Shown: positions 1-9,452 of the stretch, piece after piece
How the letters are laid out: each line of letters opens with the position of its first letter
Numbering within the stretch: the stretch's first letter is position 1
From: an uncultured bacterium
Lineage (GTDB): Bacteria; Planctomycetota; PLA2
Reading direction: 5' to 3'
Assembly (NCBI GenBank): GCA_965369495.1
Contig: CBDURV010000001.1
Span: 1-29,317, forward strand
DNA length: 29,317 nucleotides
Made by a program: the position numbers and the translations under genes
Notes under the pieces: generated by a model
Databases searched by the model: none
The model's input: the letters and a program-made list of their open reading frames with translations, nothing else
Told to the model about the DNA's origin: nothing

Positions 1-228
1 GTGCCGATCCGCGAGATAGCCGCGCGCGAGCCGGTACATCCATGCCAAAAACGGCTTCTCGCCCTCGTAGCGAAAGCTCGCCCCCCGCTTGAGCGCGCGC
101 AGGTGAACGCCCTGCACCAGATCCTCGTCCGTCTCGTAGCGCAGCACGCGCCCCGCCTGCCGGTGGACGAAGCGCACTAGGTCAGCGCGGTGCCGCACCA
201 GCAGATCGGCCAGCGTCGGCGTCCGCAT
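1..228 (-). CDS. ECF sigma-70 factor, N-terminal part (runs off the left edge; missing from the ORF track)
   Basis: ATG at 228-226 overlaps the kinase TGA by one base (TGATG). Manual translation MRTPTLADLLVRHRADLVRFVHRQAGRVLRYETDEDLVQGVHLRALKRGASFRYEGEKPFLAWMYRLARGYLADRH has no stop to the window edge. It fits sigma region 2 (DxEDLVQ-like, F.AW.YR.AR...D). Confidence 0.75.
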   Translation of the reverse strand, partial: MRTPTLADLLVRHRADLVRFVHRQAGRVLRYETDEDLVQGVHLRALKRGASFRYEGEKPFLAWMYRLARGYLADRH

Positions 229-3194
229 CAGTCGATCTCGACCACCAGCCGCAGGCCCGTCTCGCCACCCGAACTGTCCGGCTCCGCCCCCGCCGGCGCG
301 TAGACCGGGAACGACTGGGGGTCGGCCTGCGCCCACGACCCGCCGCACAGGCGGCGCAGCCCGCGCCCCTCGTCGTACCAATCCCGCACCCACTCGCGCG
401 CGCTTCCGGCGCTGTCGAAGACGCCATGGATCGATTCGTCGATGGGGTAGCGCATGACCGCCTCCAATCGCGCCTCCCGTTGCGCAAAACAGGTCTTGGC
501 CCACTTGGGCTGAAATCGGTTGCCGAACACGTAGCGGCCGTGACCGTAGGCGGCGCGCACCCATTCCCGGAACGTGGGGAGCCTGAATTTCCACGAGCGT
601 CCGGCATGGCGCGCCCGCTCGGTTCGCCACGCCGCGTATGCCTTCGCATCGATCCAGCTCACGCCCACGACCGGAAATCGTCCGGTCCACCGCTTGGGCC
701 ACGAATAGCCGTCGTCCGTCTTGTGCCAGTAGGGCTTGCCCGGCTCCCCCGAAACCCCGGGTACGCGCGTGTCCGGGTTGTCGATCGCATCGAGGAACTG
801 CTTGTACTCCGCCACGGTCACCTCGCGCTCCATCATGAGGAACGGCCTCGCGTCGAAGTCGGGAGAGACAGCCACGAATCCCGGTGGCACGCGGTCGCGA
901 AGCGGAAGCCACGCCGGGAAGCCCTCTTCTCCCTGGAACTCGCCGGTGCCGATGGCCATGCGGGTCTCCAGGCAGCCTGCCCGCCGAAACAGCAGCAGAT
1001 AACGCCCCGACGGGACGAGCGGCGCCTCGAGCGGAGTCCGCCCGAGGTAGCAGCCCGGACTCGTCGCGAGTGGAATCGCGGTCAGGCGCGCACCCACTCC
1101 GGCAGTCAGCTCCTGTTCGCGCACGTTTCCGTCGCGCACGACGCGCGCGGTGACGCGACCTCCCCCCGCCAGCGCCCGCGCGTCCCCCACGGCGGCCGGA
1201 AGCGGCGCGAGGAGTTCGAAAAGAGCTCCGGCACGCGAAATCGTGATGGGGCGCGGCGGCGCGCGAGGCATGCGTTCGATTTCGTACAGCGACCGGACCG
1301 GCTCTCCGGCGACCGCCTCGATCCGATCGCCGCGCCGCATCTCGCCCTCGTTGTCCAGAACGAATACCGCGCCCCGCAGCGGCTCGCCCGCGAGGCGATC
1401 GATCAGGTCTCCCGGCCTCAGCTGGAGCGTCGACTCCACGATGCGAAGACAGAACGTGCCCGGCGCGGGGACGCTGGTCTCGACGCCGTAGGGCATCGGG
1501 ACGCTGCGTCGTTCGCCCGTCTCCGCCAACGAGTCGCACTCCCCCAATCGAAAGATCCAGACATGCGCGCCGGGCTCGCGCGTCCGAACCGGCAGCGGGA
1601 ACAGCGCCTCCCGATCGGGTGCGACATCCGCGTCGGGGTCCGCGCGACGCGCCAGAGCGCGGAAAAAGGCGGCCTCGTCGAAGTCCTCCCGCACCTGCGC
1701 TTCCCGCACCTTTTCGAGGTAGAGACGCGCGCGCACGCGGCGCACCCCGGCAACGGCGGGGTCGATCCGTTCGGCTCGCTTCAATTCGTCGAGAACGCGG
1801 TGAAACAGTCCGTCCCGTTCTCGACGCAGTCGCGCGGCGGCCCGCTCGAGTTGTTCGAGTTGAATCTCCTCCCTCGGTTCCAGGTAGCGCTCGATGCGGG
1901 CGTTCACCAGGATCCGCAGTTCGGACTCCATGCCTCTCGCCTGTTCGCGGCGTGTCCAATAGTCGTCCACCATCTCGTCCGCGAGACACACCAGCACGCG
2001 TGCATCCTCCCGATTGCGTCGTTCGGCGGCGGCACGCCACGCGGCGAAGGCGAGCAACGACGCGATCAGGAGCACAATCGTGCCGGCCGTCATCGGATGC
2101 GCGCGCACCCACTTCACGCTGCGCTCGCGACGCGAGGGCGTCCGGGAAACGATCGGCTCTCCCCGGCCGACGCGGCCGAGTTCGTCCCGCAGAACGATGG
2201 CATCGGGCCGGCGCTCCGGATCCTTGTGCAGGGCACGCAGCAGGACGATCTCCAGGTCGCGACCCACATGCGGATTGAGCCGACGCGGCTCCACGGGATC
2301 CTCCCGCGCCACGCGCGAGATCATCTGCTCGAGCGATCCGCCGGCGAACGGAACGCGCCCTGTCACGCACTGGTAGAGCGTGACCCCGAGCCCGTAGATG
2401 TCGCTGCGTTCCGAAACCGGCGCTCCGGCAAGTTGCTCCGGAGCCGCGTACTGGGTCGAGCCGGCGAACGTCGTGGTCAGCTCGCCGGCGGTCGCGTCAT
2501 CGGCGAGCGCGACGCCGAAGTCGAGCAGCAGCGCCAATCCGTCGGGCGCAATCTGGATGTTGGACGGCTTCACGTCGCGGTGGATGACACCCGCCGCGTG
2601 GGCACACGCCAGCGCGTCCGCGATCTGGCGGCACCATTCGACGCACTCGGCAAGCCACGCCGCGCCGGGCGGGCCCTCGGCGCGCCCCAGCGTGTCGTTT
2701 AGCCGACGCGCCATGCTCTCGCCCCGGGCGTACTCCATGACGAGATACCGCTCGCCCCGCTCTTCGCCCGCGGCGATCACCTGCACGATGTGTCGGTGCC
2801 GCAACCGAGCGATCGCGAGCGCCTCGCGCCGAAAGCGCTCCACCGCCGTCCGCGATGCAAGCAGGTCGCGGCGAATCAGCTTGAGCGCCACCTTGCGCTG
2901 CAGCGTCTCCTGCTCGGCCAGGAAGACCGTGCCCATGCCGCCCTCGTCGAGTACCTCCAGCAGTCGGTACTCCCCGAGACGCTCGTACGGAAGCGCGCCC
3001 GCATCCGCCGCGGGCCGCGCCTGGCGCTCCACGAACGCCGAATAGATCGCCCGGACACGCCCGCTGACGACCGGATCGACGGCGCCATGCCGCGCCAGAT
3101 ACGCTTCGGGGAGCTCCGGGTTCCCGGCCACGCAGGCATCCAGATACCGGTCGTAGATGGTGTCTCCGGCATCGGTCGAGCGGGAACGATCCAA
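228..3194 (-). CDS. Hanks-type Ser/Thr protein kinase with one TM helix and a C-terminal formylglycine-generating-enzyme (FGE/SUMF1)-like domain
   Basis: Kinase motifs EGGMGTV, VALK, HRDVKPSNI, DFG, APEQ, SDIYGLG; TM segment TIVLLIASLLAFAAW. FGE motifs EVTVAEY, PVVGVSW.DA.AY, RLPT..EW, G...EWV.D, GGSW, GLRLV. Start uncertain: in-frame TTG at 3194 or 3203; the ORF-track start at 3320 reads through the repeat. Confidence 0.9.
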   Translation of the reverse strand: MDRSRSTDAGDTIYDRYLDACVAGNPELPEAYLARHGAVDPVVSGRVRAIYSAFVERQARPAADAGALPYERLGEYRLLEVLDEGGMGTVFLAEQETLQRKVALKLIRRDLLASRTAVERFRREALAIARLRHRHIVQVIAAGEERGERYLVMEYARGESMARRLNDTLGRAEGPPGAAWLAECVEWCRQIADALACAHAAGVIHRDVKPSNIQIAPDGLALLLDFGVALADDATAGELTTTFAGSTQYAAPEQLAGAPVSERSDIYGLGVTLYQCVTGRVPFAGGSLEQMISRVAREDPVEPRRLNPHVGRDLEIVLLRALHKDPERRPDAIVLRDELGRVGRGEPIVSRTPSRRERSVKWVRAHPMTAGTIVLLIASLLAFAAWRAAAERRNREDARVLVCLADEMVDDYWTRREQARGMESELRILVNARIERYLEPREEIQLEQLERAAARLRRERDGLFHRVLDELKRAERIDPAVAGVRRVRARLYLEKVREAQVREDFDEAAFFRALARRADPDADVAPDREALFPLPVRTREPGAHVWIFRLGECDSLAETGERRSVPMPYGVETSVPAPGTFCLRIVESTLQLRPGDLIDRLAGEPLRGAVFVLDNEGEMRRGDRIEAVAGEPVRSLYEIERMPRAPPRPITISRAGALFELLAPLPAAVGDARALAGGGRVTARVVRDGNVREQELTAGVGARLTAIPLATSPGCYLGRTPLEAPLVPSGRYLLLFRRAGCLETRMAIGTGEFQGEEGFPAWLPLRDRVPPGFVAVSPDFDARPFLMMEREVTVAEYKQFLDAIDNPDTRVPGVSGEPGKPYWHKTDDGYSWPKRWTGRFPVVGVSWIDAKAYAAWRTERARHAGRSWKFRLPTFREWVRAAYGHGRYVFGNRFQPKWAKTCFAQREARLEAVMRYPIDESIHGVFDSAGSAREWVRDWYDEGRGLRRLCGGSWAQADPQSFPVYAPAGAEPDSSGGETGLRLVVEID

Positions 3195-3232
3195 GGTACC
3201 CAATGCGCGAGCACGATAGCAGGTCGCGGATT

Positions 3233-3416
3233 CGATACGGTACCGGGTGTTTTCCTGCGAAACTCGCGAGTCAACTTGGCAGACGAGTTTCGGAGACTTA
3301 CTCCCGGTACCGGATCTCACGAGGCCGTCACGGCCCGCGACCGGGCGAGCATCGACCGGTGTCCTCTTCCGAGGGCGCGTACTCGGAAGAATCGTGCCTG
3401 GCGCAGTAGTTCCAGG
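3233..3416 (+). repeat. Full bipartite element R1: left flank CGATA + module A (3238-3312, 75 bp palindrome) + linker type alpha + module B (3349-3416)
   Basis: A = CGGTACCGGG-tgttttcctg-CGAAACTCG-17 nt-CGAGTTTCG-gagacttact-CCCGGTACCG. B = gcatcgaccggtgtcctcTTCCGAGggcgcgtaCTCGGAAgaatcgtgcctggcgcagtagttccagg. Near-identical to copies at 13323 and 18510. Confidence 0.95.
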
Positions 3417-3490
3417 GCCGAAAAACCGGCGTGGCTTTTATCCGGCTCGGTTTGCCACTGCGCCACGCGGAACGACCCTACAATCCGCGC

Positions 3491-6064
3491 GTGGGAAACC
3501 GTGCACTTGCCTTGCTCCTGATTCCGTTCCTGTTCGGCGCTTGCGATAAGAGCAGCGCGACAAAGCGGACGCCGCAGGCCGACTTCTCCGAGGACGCCGT
3601 CGCGGCGCGCGTCGAACTGCTGCGTGCCGATGTCGAAGCCGAGCTCGGCGACACGATCGGCTCCGTGGATGTGACAATTTCGACCCCGAAAGACATGGCG
3701 AAGCTGTTGCAGCCGGAGTTGGAGCGCACCTACTCTGAAATTGAGGGCGGCTTGCGCGGCGCAACCCTGAAGAAGCAGTGCGAACTCGAAGCGCAGGCAT
3801 ACTCGTCCGCCCTACTCGCCAAGGTCGCAATGACGGGAGCGGCGTTGCACGTCTGCCCCGAGAATTTCAAGCGCATCGCGGACATCACGCCGGAGTGGGC
3901 GGGGATCCAGTCGCCGGACGGGCTCGACATCATCTTGATCCATGAGCTGGTGCATGTCTGGCAGGAGCGCCGCTACAAGCTGGAGACGTTCATCGGAACG
4001 CCCAGGAGCCTGGATGCGTTGCTCGCGCGCAGCGCGGTGCTCGAGGGACATGCCCAGCTGGTGACGCGCGCGGTCGCGCAGCGGCGCGGGATCAGCGAGG
4101 CGTTCGAACTTCTGGAGAGGACCCAGACCGAGGTGCCGGATTCCACGACCGACCCGGCCGCGCGTCAGCAGATGCAGCTGACGCAAGCGGTGACGAGCTT
4201 CACCTATGCACAGGGGCTGCGTCTGTGGGACGAGGTGATTGCGGAACTGGGGCGCCCGGCTGCGGTTGAGCTGCTGTTCACGGAGCCCCCCAGCTCGACG
4301 CGGGCGGTGGAGCGCGAGGGGCAGTACCTTCACCCGACGCCGGAACCCGAGGTCGATCTGGATCGCGCGATCCGCCAGCTTCGTCGCTATCTCGGGGAGT
4401 TCGAAAAACAGCCGCCGCAGGTCGTACCGATGATGCACGGGGCGCTACGCGTCGCGCTCTCCGCCGGCGGACCCGTTGCGCAGCGCGCCATCGATGACGT
4501 CGTGCGCGGCGCCGGGGTTATTGGCGCGCGGCACATCGTCGGCGTCGTGTTGTGCCGAAGCCCGCGCGCCGCCCGCGCCCTGATGGAAGCGTCGCTGATC
4601 GACGCGCGCGCGCGGGTGAAGCTGTTCGCCGACGGCGCGACCACGTTGCGCATCGTGTCGGAAGAGGACGTGGCCGGCGTCGCGGGCAAGTTCCTGCAGC
4701 TCAGAGTCGAGTCGGGGGGCAACACGATCAAGCTCAAGCGGGGGCTGTTCGCGGACGGCTACATCTTCGTGGACGTCGTCGCGCCGGACGGGGATCGCGA
4801 GCGGATGGTGCGCATGCTTCCCCGCCTGGCCTCACTGTTGGCCAAACCGTCACCGTGGAGCGGGATGGAGCGAGCACAGGCGATCGCCGAGATGCAGACC
4901 AGCCTGTCGCACGCCGACGTGACGGTACGCTGGCGTGCAGTGCGCAACCTCGCCCGCCTGATCGAGGCGCGGCCGGACCTCGAGACGGCGCTCCTGGGTG
5001 CGGCCGCGGACGCCGATCCGGGTGTGCGCCTCGTGGTCATGCGCGCAATGGCCGCAGCGGGACACGACCTCGTTCGTTTCGCCAAGGACCACGACTGGGA
5101 GGTGCGCGAGGCGTACTGCCGGCTGCGCGCGGAAGACGACGATCCCAAGCCGAAGCGAATCGAGATGCTCAAGCCGTTCCTCACGGACGAGTCGCACCTG
5201 GTTCAGTTGGCGGCATGCGAGGCGCTTGAGGAACTCGATGCGGAAAAGGACATTTCTTTCGACGCGATTGAGACGCTCTTCGCCTCGCCGGACGGCCGCG
5301 TCCGCGAGGCTGCGCTCGGCCTGATCCACTACTCCGTAAAAGGCACGCGCATAGCGGACCTCATGCTGCGCGCACTCGATGACGAGGAGACCAACGTTCG
5401 CGCGCGCGCCGCCCGGCGCGTTGACAAATACGTCAGCGCAAGCGGTCGCGCCGTTCCGAAGCTGATAGGGCTCCTGGACGACAAGTCGGTGCGTGTACAG
5501 CTCGCCGCGTTGAACGGACTGGGGGATTACGGCGCCGGTGCCAAAGAGTCGGTTGGCCGGATCATCCCGATGCTGGACGACCCGAAGTTGCGCGACGCCG
5601 CCGCGGACGCGTTGGCGGAGATGGGTTCGGTAGCGGGAGCCGCCAAGCCGGCCCTGGTGCGTGGGCTGAACTCGGAAGATCGTCGCTTCGCGTTCAAGGC
5701 GGCGGAGGCACTCTGGAAGCTTCGCTATCCGCGGCTGAAGTTGCTGCCGGTTCTTGCGGACACACTCAAGAACGGCAGCAGGTGGGATCGCGGCGACGCG
5801 GCGACGCTGCTGGCCAAGATCGGTGAGCCTGCGCGCGGCTACATTCCGGAGATCATCGAGCTTCTGGATTCGGACCAGGAGTATGTGCGGCGTGACGCCA
5901 TACAGGCATTGGGCGAGTTCGGGCCGGCCGCCAAAGCGGCGTTGCCGAAGTTGCGCACGATGCTCAAGACGCTGCCCAACGGCGTCGATTCCGGTCTGGG
6001 CCTGGGCGGTGGCGAACTGCGGGCCACGACGGTCGAAACGGCGATCAAGAAGATCGAAGGCTAG
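3491..6064 (+). CDS. Putative lipoprotein: HEXXH zinc-metallopeptidase-like domain plus C-terminal HEAT repeats
   Basis: In-frame GTG at 3491 gives VGNRALALLLIPFLFGA-C (lipobox-like). IHELVHVWQ is followed by AVLEGHA (possible third Zn ligand). Many HEAT-like units (D....VR..A...L..). Start uncertain (ORF track 3431). Confidence 0.75.
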   Translation: MGNRALALLLIPFLFGACDKSSATKRTPQADFSEDAVAARVELLRADVEAELGDTIGSVDVTISTPKDMAKLLQPELERTYSEIEGGLRGATLKKQCELEAQAYSSALLAKVAMTGAALHVCPENFKRIADITPEWAGIQSPDGLDIILIHELVHVWQERRYKLETFIGTPRSLDALLARSAVLEGHAQLVTRAVAQRRGISEAFELLERTQTEVPDSTTDPAARQQMQLTQAVTSFTYAQGLRLWDEVIAELGRPAAVELLFTEPPSSTRAVEREGQYLHPTPEPEVDLDRAIRQLRRYLGEFEKQPPQVVPMMHGALRVALSAGGPVAQRAIDDVVRGAGVIGARHIVGVVLCRSPRAARALMEASLIDARARVKLFADGATTLRIVSEEDVAGVAGKFLQLRVESGGNTIKLKRGLFADGYIFVDVVAPDGDRERMVRMLPRLASLLAKPSPWSGMERAQAIAEMQTSLSHADVTVRWRAVRNLARLIEARPDLETALLGAAADADPGVRLVVMRAMAAAGHDLVRFAKDHDWEVREAYCRLRAEDDDPKPKRIEMLKPFLTDESHLVQLAACEALEELDAEKDISFDAIETLFASPDGRVREAALGLIHYSVKGTRIADLMLRALDDEETNVRARAARRVDKYVSASGRAVPKLIGLLDDKSVRVQLAALNGLGDYGAGAKESVGRIIPMLDDPKLRDAAADALAEMGSVAGAAKPALVRGLNSEDRRFAFKAAEALWKLRYPRLKLLPVLADTLKNGSRWDRGDAATLLAKIGEPARGYIPEIIELLDSDQEYVRRDAIQALGEFGPAAKAALPKLRTMLKTLPNGVDSGLGLGGGELRATTVETAIKKIEG

Positions 6065-6077
6065 GAAGCGCGAACGA

Positions 6078-6095
6078 CCCGGTACCGAATCTCAC
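6078..6095 (+). repeat. Remnant of the element: right end of module A plus start of linker
   Basis: CCCGGTACCGAATCTCAC versus CCCGGTACCGGATCTCAC at 3303-3320; 13 nt after the stop of 3491..6064. Confidence 0.75.
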
Positions 6096-6123
6096 AGCAA
6101 ATGAACGTGGTACGGACTCATTT

Positions 6124-6148
6124 GGGGGGAAGGGGCACGGGGAAGGGG
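6124..6148 (+). other. Canonical G-quadruplex-forming motif in intergenic DNA
   Basis: GGGGGG-AA-GGGG-CAC-GGGG-AA-GGGG: four tracts of at least 4 G with 2-3 nt loops, ~40 nt upstream of the ATG at 6187. Confidence 0.55.
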
Positions 6149-6186
6149 CGAATACCCGAACCGTAAACCGTGTATTTTCGTTCGAG

Positions 6187-9100
6187 ATGCGCATCCTGGG
6201 ACGTCTTGTGGCTCTCGGCCTCTTGGCCACGCTGTTGTGGAAAGCACGCGGTCCCGAGTACCGCGTAGTCCCGCTCGAGATTCCGTACACCGACGCGGAT
6301 GACCCGTTCACTCCCGACTCGCTTCGCGAACGGTTGGTCCGAATCGCGGGCGTACTCGGCAAAATTGTCGGCGATCCTGTGGAAGTCGCGGACATCCGGA
6401 TCGTTGTTGCCGACGACCGCGTGGAGGGAACGCGCGCAGCGCTTGAGCAGGACCCGAACTTCTTCGATCCCCGATCCGCCGACTATCACAGAATGGGCGC
6501 GAACATCGAGCTGGCCGTGCGCGCGGCGCGCTGGCTGGGGTATCTGGGACGCTACGACTCGACCACGCGGACGGTTCAGATATTCCCGGCTTGCTTTGAG
6601 GAGTTGAAGACCGCGGAGCTTAGCGCGGTGCTCGACGTCGTTATCGCACACGAGCTGGTCCACGTCTGGCAAGACCAGCAGTTCGGGCTGGCCGGAGACC
6701 ACACCACGAGCGATACGAGCGAAGCGCTCGTGGCGCGCGCCGCGATCGTCGAGGGGTCCGCGGAGTTCTTATCACGTCTCGTCGCACGTCGACTGGGAAT
6801 CGAACCCTCGTGGGAGACAATCGCAACGGGCAAGGAGGAACGGCGCGTCAACCCTGCGAATTCGCCGGGCACAGTCTCCGCCCAGCAAATTCACGAGTGG
6901 GCCTACGCGCGCGGACTCGCATTTGTTGAACGCGTTCACGAGGCCGGCGGGGGTAGGGACATCTGGCGGCGCCTCTTCGAAAATCCGCCACGTGACGTTT
7001 GGAGCATCGAGCAACCGGATCACTGGATCGCGCACCCGCGCGATGTGGCGCGCGACCTCGATTCGTGGGTCAAGCGCTTCCTGGCCAACCGCGCGCGTCC
7101 GATCCTGCACATTCCGATGTTGCGCCGCTGGGGGCATCGACCGATCGTGCGCGCCGATCTGCACAACCGGCTTGAGCACGCCGGCATCGCGCTCGATGAC
7201 GCCCCCTGGAGTGGATGTCGCGGCGGCGTATTGATCCACGGTCGGCCGTTCAGCGGACCGCTCGAACGCACCAACATCTTGTTGCGCGTATGGCGGCTCT
7301 CATCGGCGGAGCAGGCGACTCGGGCGCGCGCGCAACTGGTGGACGCCATGCGAGCGCATCAGTTTGACGGTGGTATCACGGGGCGCGCACGCATGCGGAA
7401 AGGTGAAGGGCTCGCGCTGTCCTGGACCCGTTTCGGCGCAGCGAGCACGGCGCCGACGGAGATCGTCTGGGCGGTTCGAGTCGAGCACGATCTTGTCATC
7501 GAAGGACTCACCACCGGGGCGGGTGTAGCGCCGGTCCTGCTCGCGCTCCTTGGCTCCGAATACGTTTCACGCCACGACAAGGTAGAAGACGAGCGTGCAT
7601 GGCTCCGCGAACCGCACGTTGCGAGTGAATGGCTGACCGCGCTTCGCCCCGAGAGCAAGACGGAACGAGGTCCGATGCTCGTCGCAGCACTGGACCACGA
7701 AGATTCCGACGTTCGTCGCTTCGCCCTCGGTCAGCTTGCCGTCGAAGGATGCGTGCCGCGCCCGTTCGCGGTCGAAGTTCCCGCGCTGGTGCAGTCGCGG
7801 ATGTTGTCAACCGATCCCGCGGAGCGTGCGGTGGCCATCGCCGCCGCGGACCGGTTGGAAGCCGAGATGGACCTGCCGTTCGGGACGCTCGACAAGCTCG
7901 CGACGAGTGATTCTGTCTTGGTGCGCGCCACTCTCGCAGGCTGCCGCAATCTGGATGCGCCGCGAGATGTGCTACAGCAGGATCGCGATCCCGAGGTTCG
8001 ACGCATCGCGTCGGCTCCAAAAGATACGCGGCGCGACTTGGGCGACCTCTTGATGGATCGGATCACCAAACGAGTCGATGCCACTTCAACCGAGGCTCCT
8101 GACGACGAGAGCGACACCGCCGTCCTGTTCGATGCTCTGCTCAGCAGTGTCTCGGACGGCGACAGTGCGCAACTGCACGCTCGCATTCTTCACCTTCTGC
8201 GATCGGACCAACCGACGCTGCGGCTGAATGGAGTGATGGCCGCGCGCCACTTGGACGAGATTCCCGGCGCCATCGCAGCCGAGCTCGTGCGCACATTCGG
8301 GTCCCCCATCCTGCGACGCGTCACCGTAGACGCATTGTCGGGCGAAAGCGTGAACCTCACACCGATTCGCAGCACACTCGTTGGGTATCTCGACCACCCG
8401 CGCTGGCGGGCCGCATCACTCCAAGCTCTTGCCGCAGCTGCGGATGGTCCCGCCCCGCCGGTGCTCACGCGCACGCAGGCCTGGATCAAAGATCACGATC
8501 CACAGGTGCGCTGCGCCGCTGCGGTTCTTCTCCTCCGACACGGCGACGCAGCTGTAGAGGACCTTCAACGCGTGGTGCTCGCCGCGTGGCCGCACGTCCC
8601 GCCGAACCTGCGGGCGGCTGCCATCAAGGTCTCGCCCAAGCTCGTGCGCGCGGCGCTGTCCTCCCCGATTCACGACGAGTGCAAGGCGGCCGCAAAGGCT
8701 GCAATCGAAGCTGGGCGCGGGGCCGAAATCCTCGAAGTACTGCCGACCATGGGACCGATGGTGGCCACGGAGCTCTGGGGCGCGTACCTGGACGGAGCGG
8801 ACGAATCGGAGGAGCGAATCCTCACACTGATTGAGTATCTCGACCGTTGGAGCACCGAAACACTGCCGGAGCTCGCCCTCGACGACATTTACGTGCCGTA
8901 CCTGGGCATCGATAACACTGCGCTGGCTCGCAAGCTGATTGCCGCGCTCGACCGCTGCATCGTCCTGGACTCCGCGCCCGCTACTCGAATGGTGCTAACC
9001 ATGGTCCGTCTGGAGCTCGAACCGGACGGCGAGTCGGAATCTGCCGCCGTTCGAGATGCCATCCACGATCTAATCTCGTTGCGAGGTGCGCCAGACTACG

Positions 9101-9417
9101 TGGATTGGACTGTCGAGCAAACCGTCGAGAAGTTCCTGCGGGAGCGCGACGGAATGAGCGAGTCGCAATTCTCGGCATACCTCATGCGGCGAGCCCGGCA
9201 GGCGTTCGAGGGCTACGGCGAGAATGGCGGCATCGAGCGGTACGTGCGCGAAGTCCCTGCCCGGCGTCGCGCTGCGCAGGCGCTCCTCCCCGAGCTCATC
9301 CGTATGAACACACGATCGAGCGTCGAACTGGCGTCACAGATCCTCGAGCTCTTCCCGGAATCCACAGTCAAGATTCCGGACACACTGCCGAGCTGGGAAC
9401 CGTGGCTCTACCGGTAA
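6187..9417 (+). CDS. Secreted/membrane-anchored HEXXH metallopeptidase-like protein with HEAT-like repeats (paralog of the upstream gene)
   Basis: Hydrophobic N-terminus MRILGRLVALGLLATLLW. AHELVHVWQDQQFGL and AIVEGSAE match HELVHVWQ...AVLEGHAQ of the upstream gene. Degenerate HEAT units (DHEDSDVRRFAL, DRDPEVRRIA, DHDPQVRCAAA). Confidence 0.75.
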   Translation: MRILGRLVALGLLATLLWKARGPEYRVVPLEIPYTDADDPFTPDSLRERLVRIAGVLGKIVGDPVEVADIRIVVADDRVEGTRAALEQDPNFFDPRSADYHRMGANIELAVRAARWLGYLGRYDSTTRTVQIFPACFEELKTAELSAVLDVVIAHELVHVWQDQQFGLAGDHTTSDTSEALVARAAIVEGSAEFLSRLVARRLGIEPSWETIATGKEERRVNPANSPGTVSAQQIHEWAYARGLAFVERVHEAGGGRDIWRRLFENPPRDVWSIEQPDHWIAHPRDVARDLDSWVKRFLANRARPILHIPMLRRWGHRPIVRADLHNRLEHAGIALDDAPWSGCRGGVLIHGRPFSGPLERTNILLRVWRLSSAEQATRARAQLVDAMRAHQFDGGITGRARMRKGEGLALSWTRFGAASTAPTEIVWAVRVEHDLVIEGLTTGAGVAPVLLALLGSEYVSRHDKVEDERAWLREPHVASEWLTALRPESKTERGPMLVAALDHEDSDVRRFALGQLAVEGCVPRPFAVEVPALVQSRMLSTDPAERAVAIAAADRLEAEMDLPFGTLDKLATSDSVLVRATLAGCRNLDAPRDVLQQDRDPEVRRIASAPKDTRRDLGDLLMDRITKRVDATSTEAPDDESDTAVLFDALLSSVSDGDSAQLHARILHLLRSDQPTLRLNGVMAARHLDEIPGAIAAELVRTFGSPILRRVTVDALSGESVNLTPIRSTLVGYLDHPRWRAASLQALAAAADGPAPPVLTRTQAWIKDHDPQVRCAAAVLLLRHGDAAVEDLQRVVLAAWPHVPPNLRAAAIKVSPKLVRAALSSPIHDECKAAAKAAIEAGRGAEILEVLPTMGPMVATELWGAYLDGADESEERILTLIEYLDRWSTETLPELALDDIYVPYLGIDNTALARKLIAALDRCIVLDSAPATRMVLTMVRLELEPDGESESAAVRDAIHDLISLRGAPDYVDWTVEQTVEKFLRERDGMSESQFSAYLMRRARQAFEGYGENGGIERYVREVPARRRAAQALLPELIRMNTRSSVELASQILELFPESTVKIPDTLPSWEPWLYR

Positions 9418-9420
9418 CAT

Positions 9421-9443
9421 CGATACGGTACCGAATCTCGGGT
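9421..9443 (+). repeat. Single-core ('empty') site of the element
   Basis: CGATA-CGGTACCG-AATCTCGGGT: the left flank of R1/R4 joined through one core directly to the type-beta right flank of R3/R4, with no module A interior. Confidence 0.8.
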
Positions 9444-9452
9444 GATTGGCAG

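Noticed and set aside
3195-3320. N-terminal extension of the kinase (MRSGTGSKSPKLVCQVDSRVSQENTRY...) and similar peptides in ORFs at 13087, 18398, 18501 and 24223
   Set aside because: These are read-throughs of module A, which happens to lack stops in some frames. The same peptide appears on unrelated ORFs in intergenic positions.
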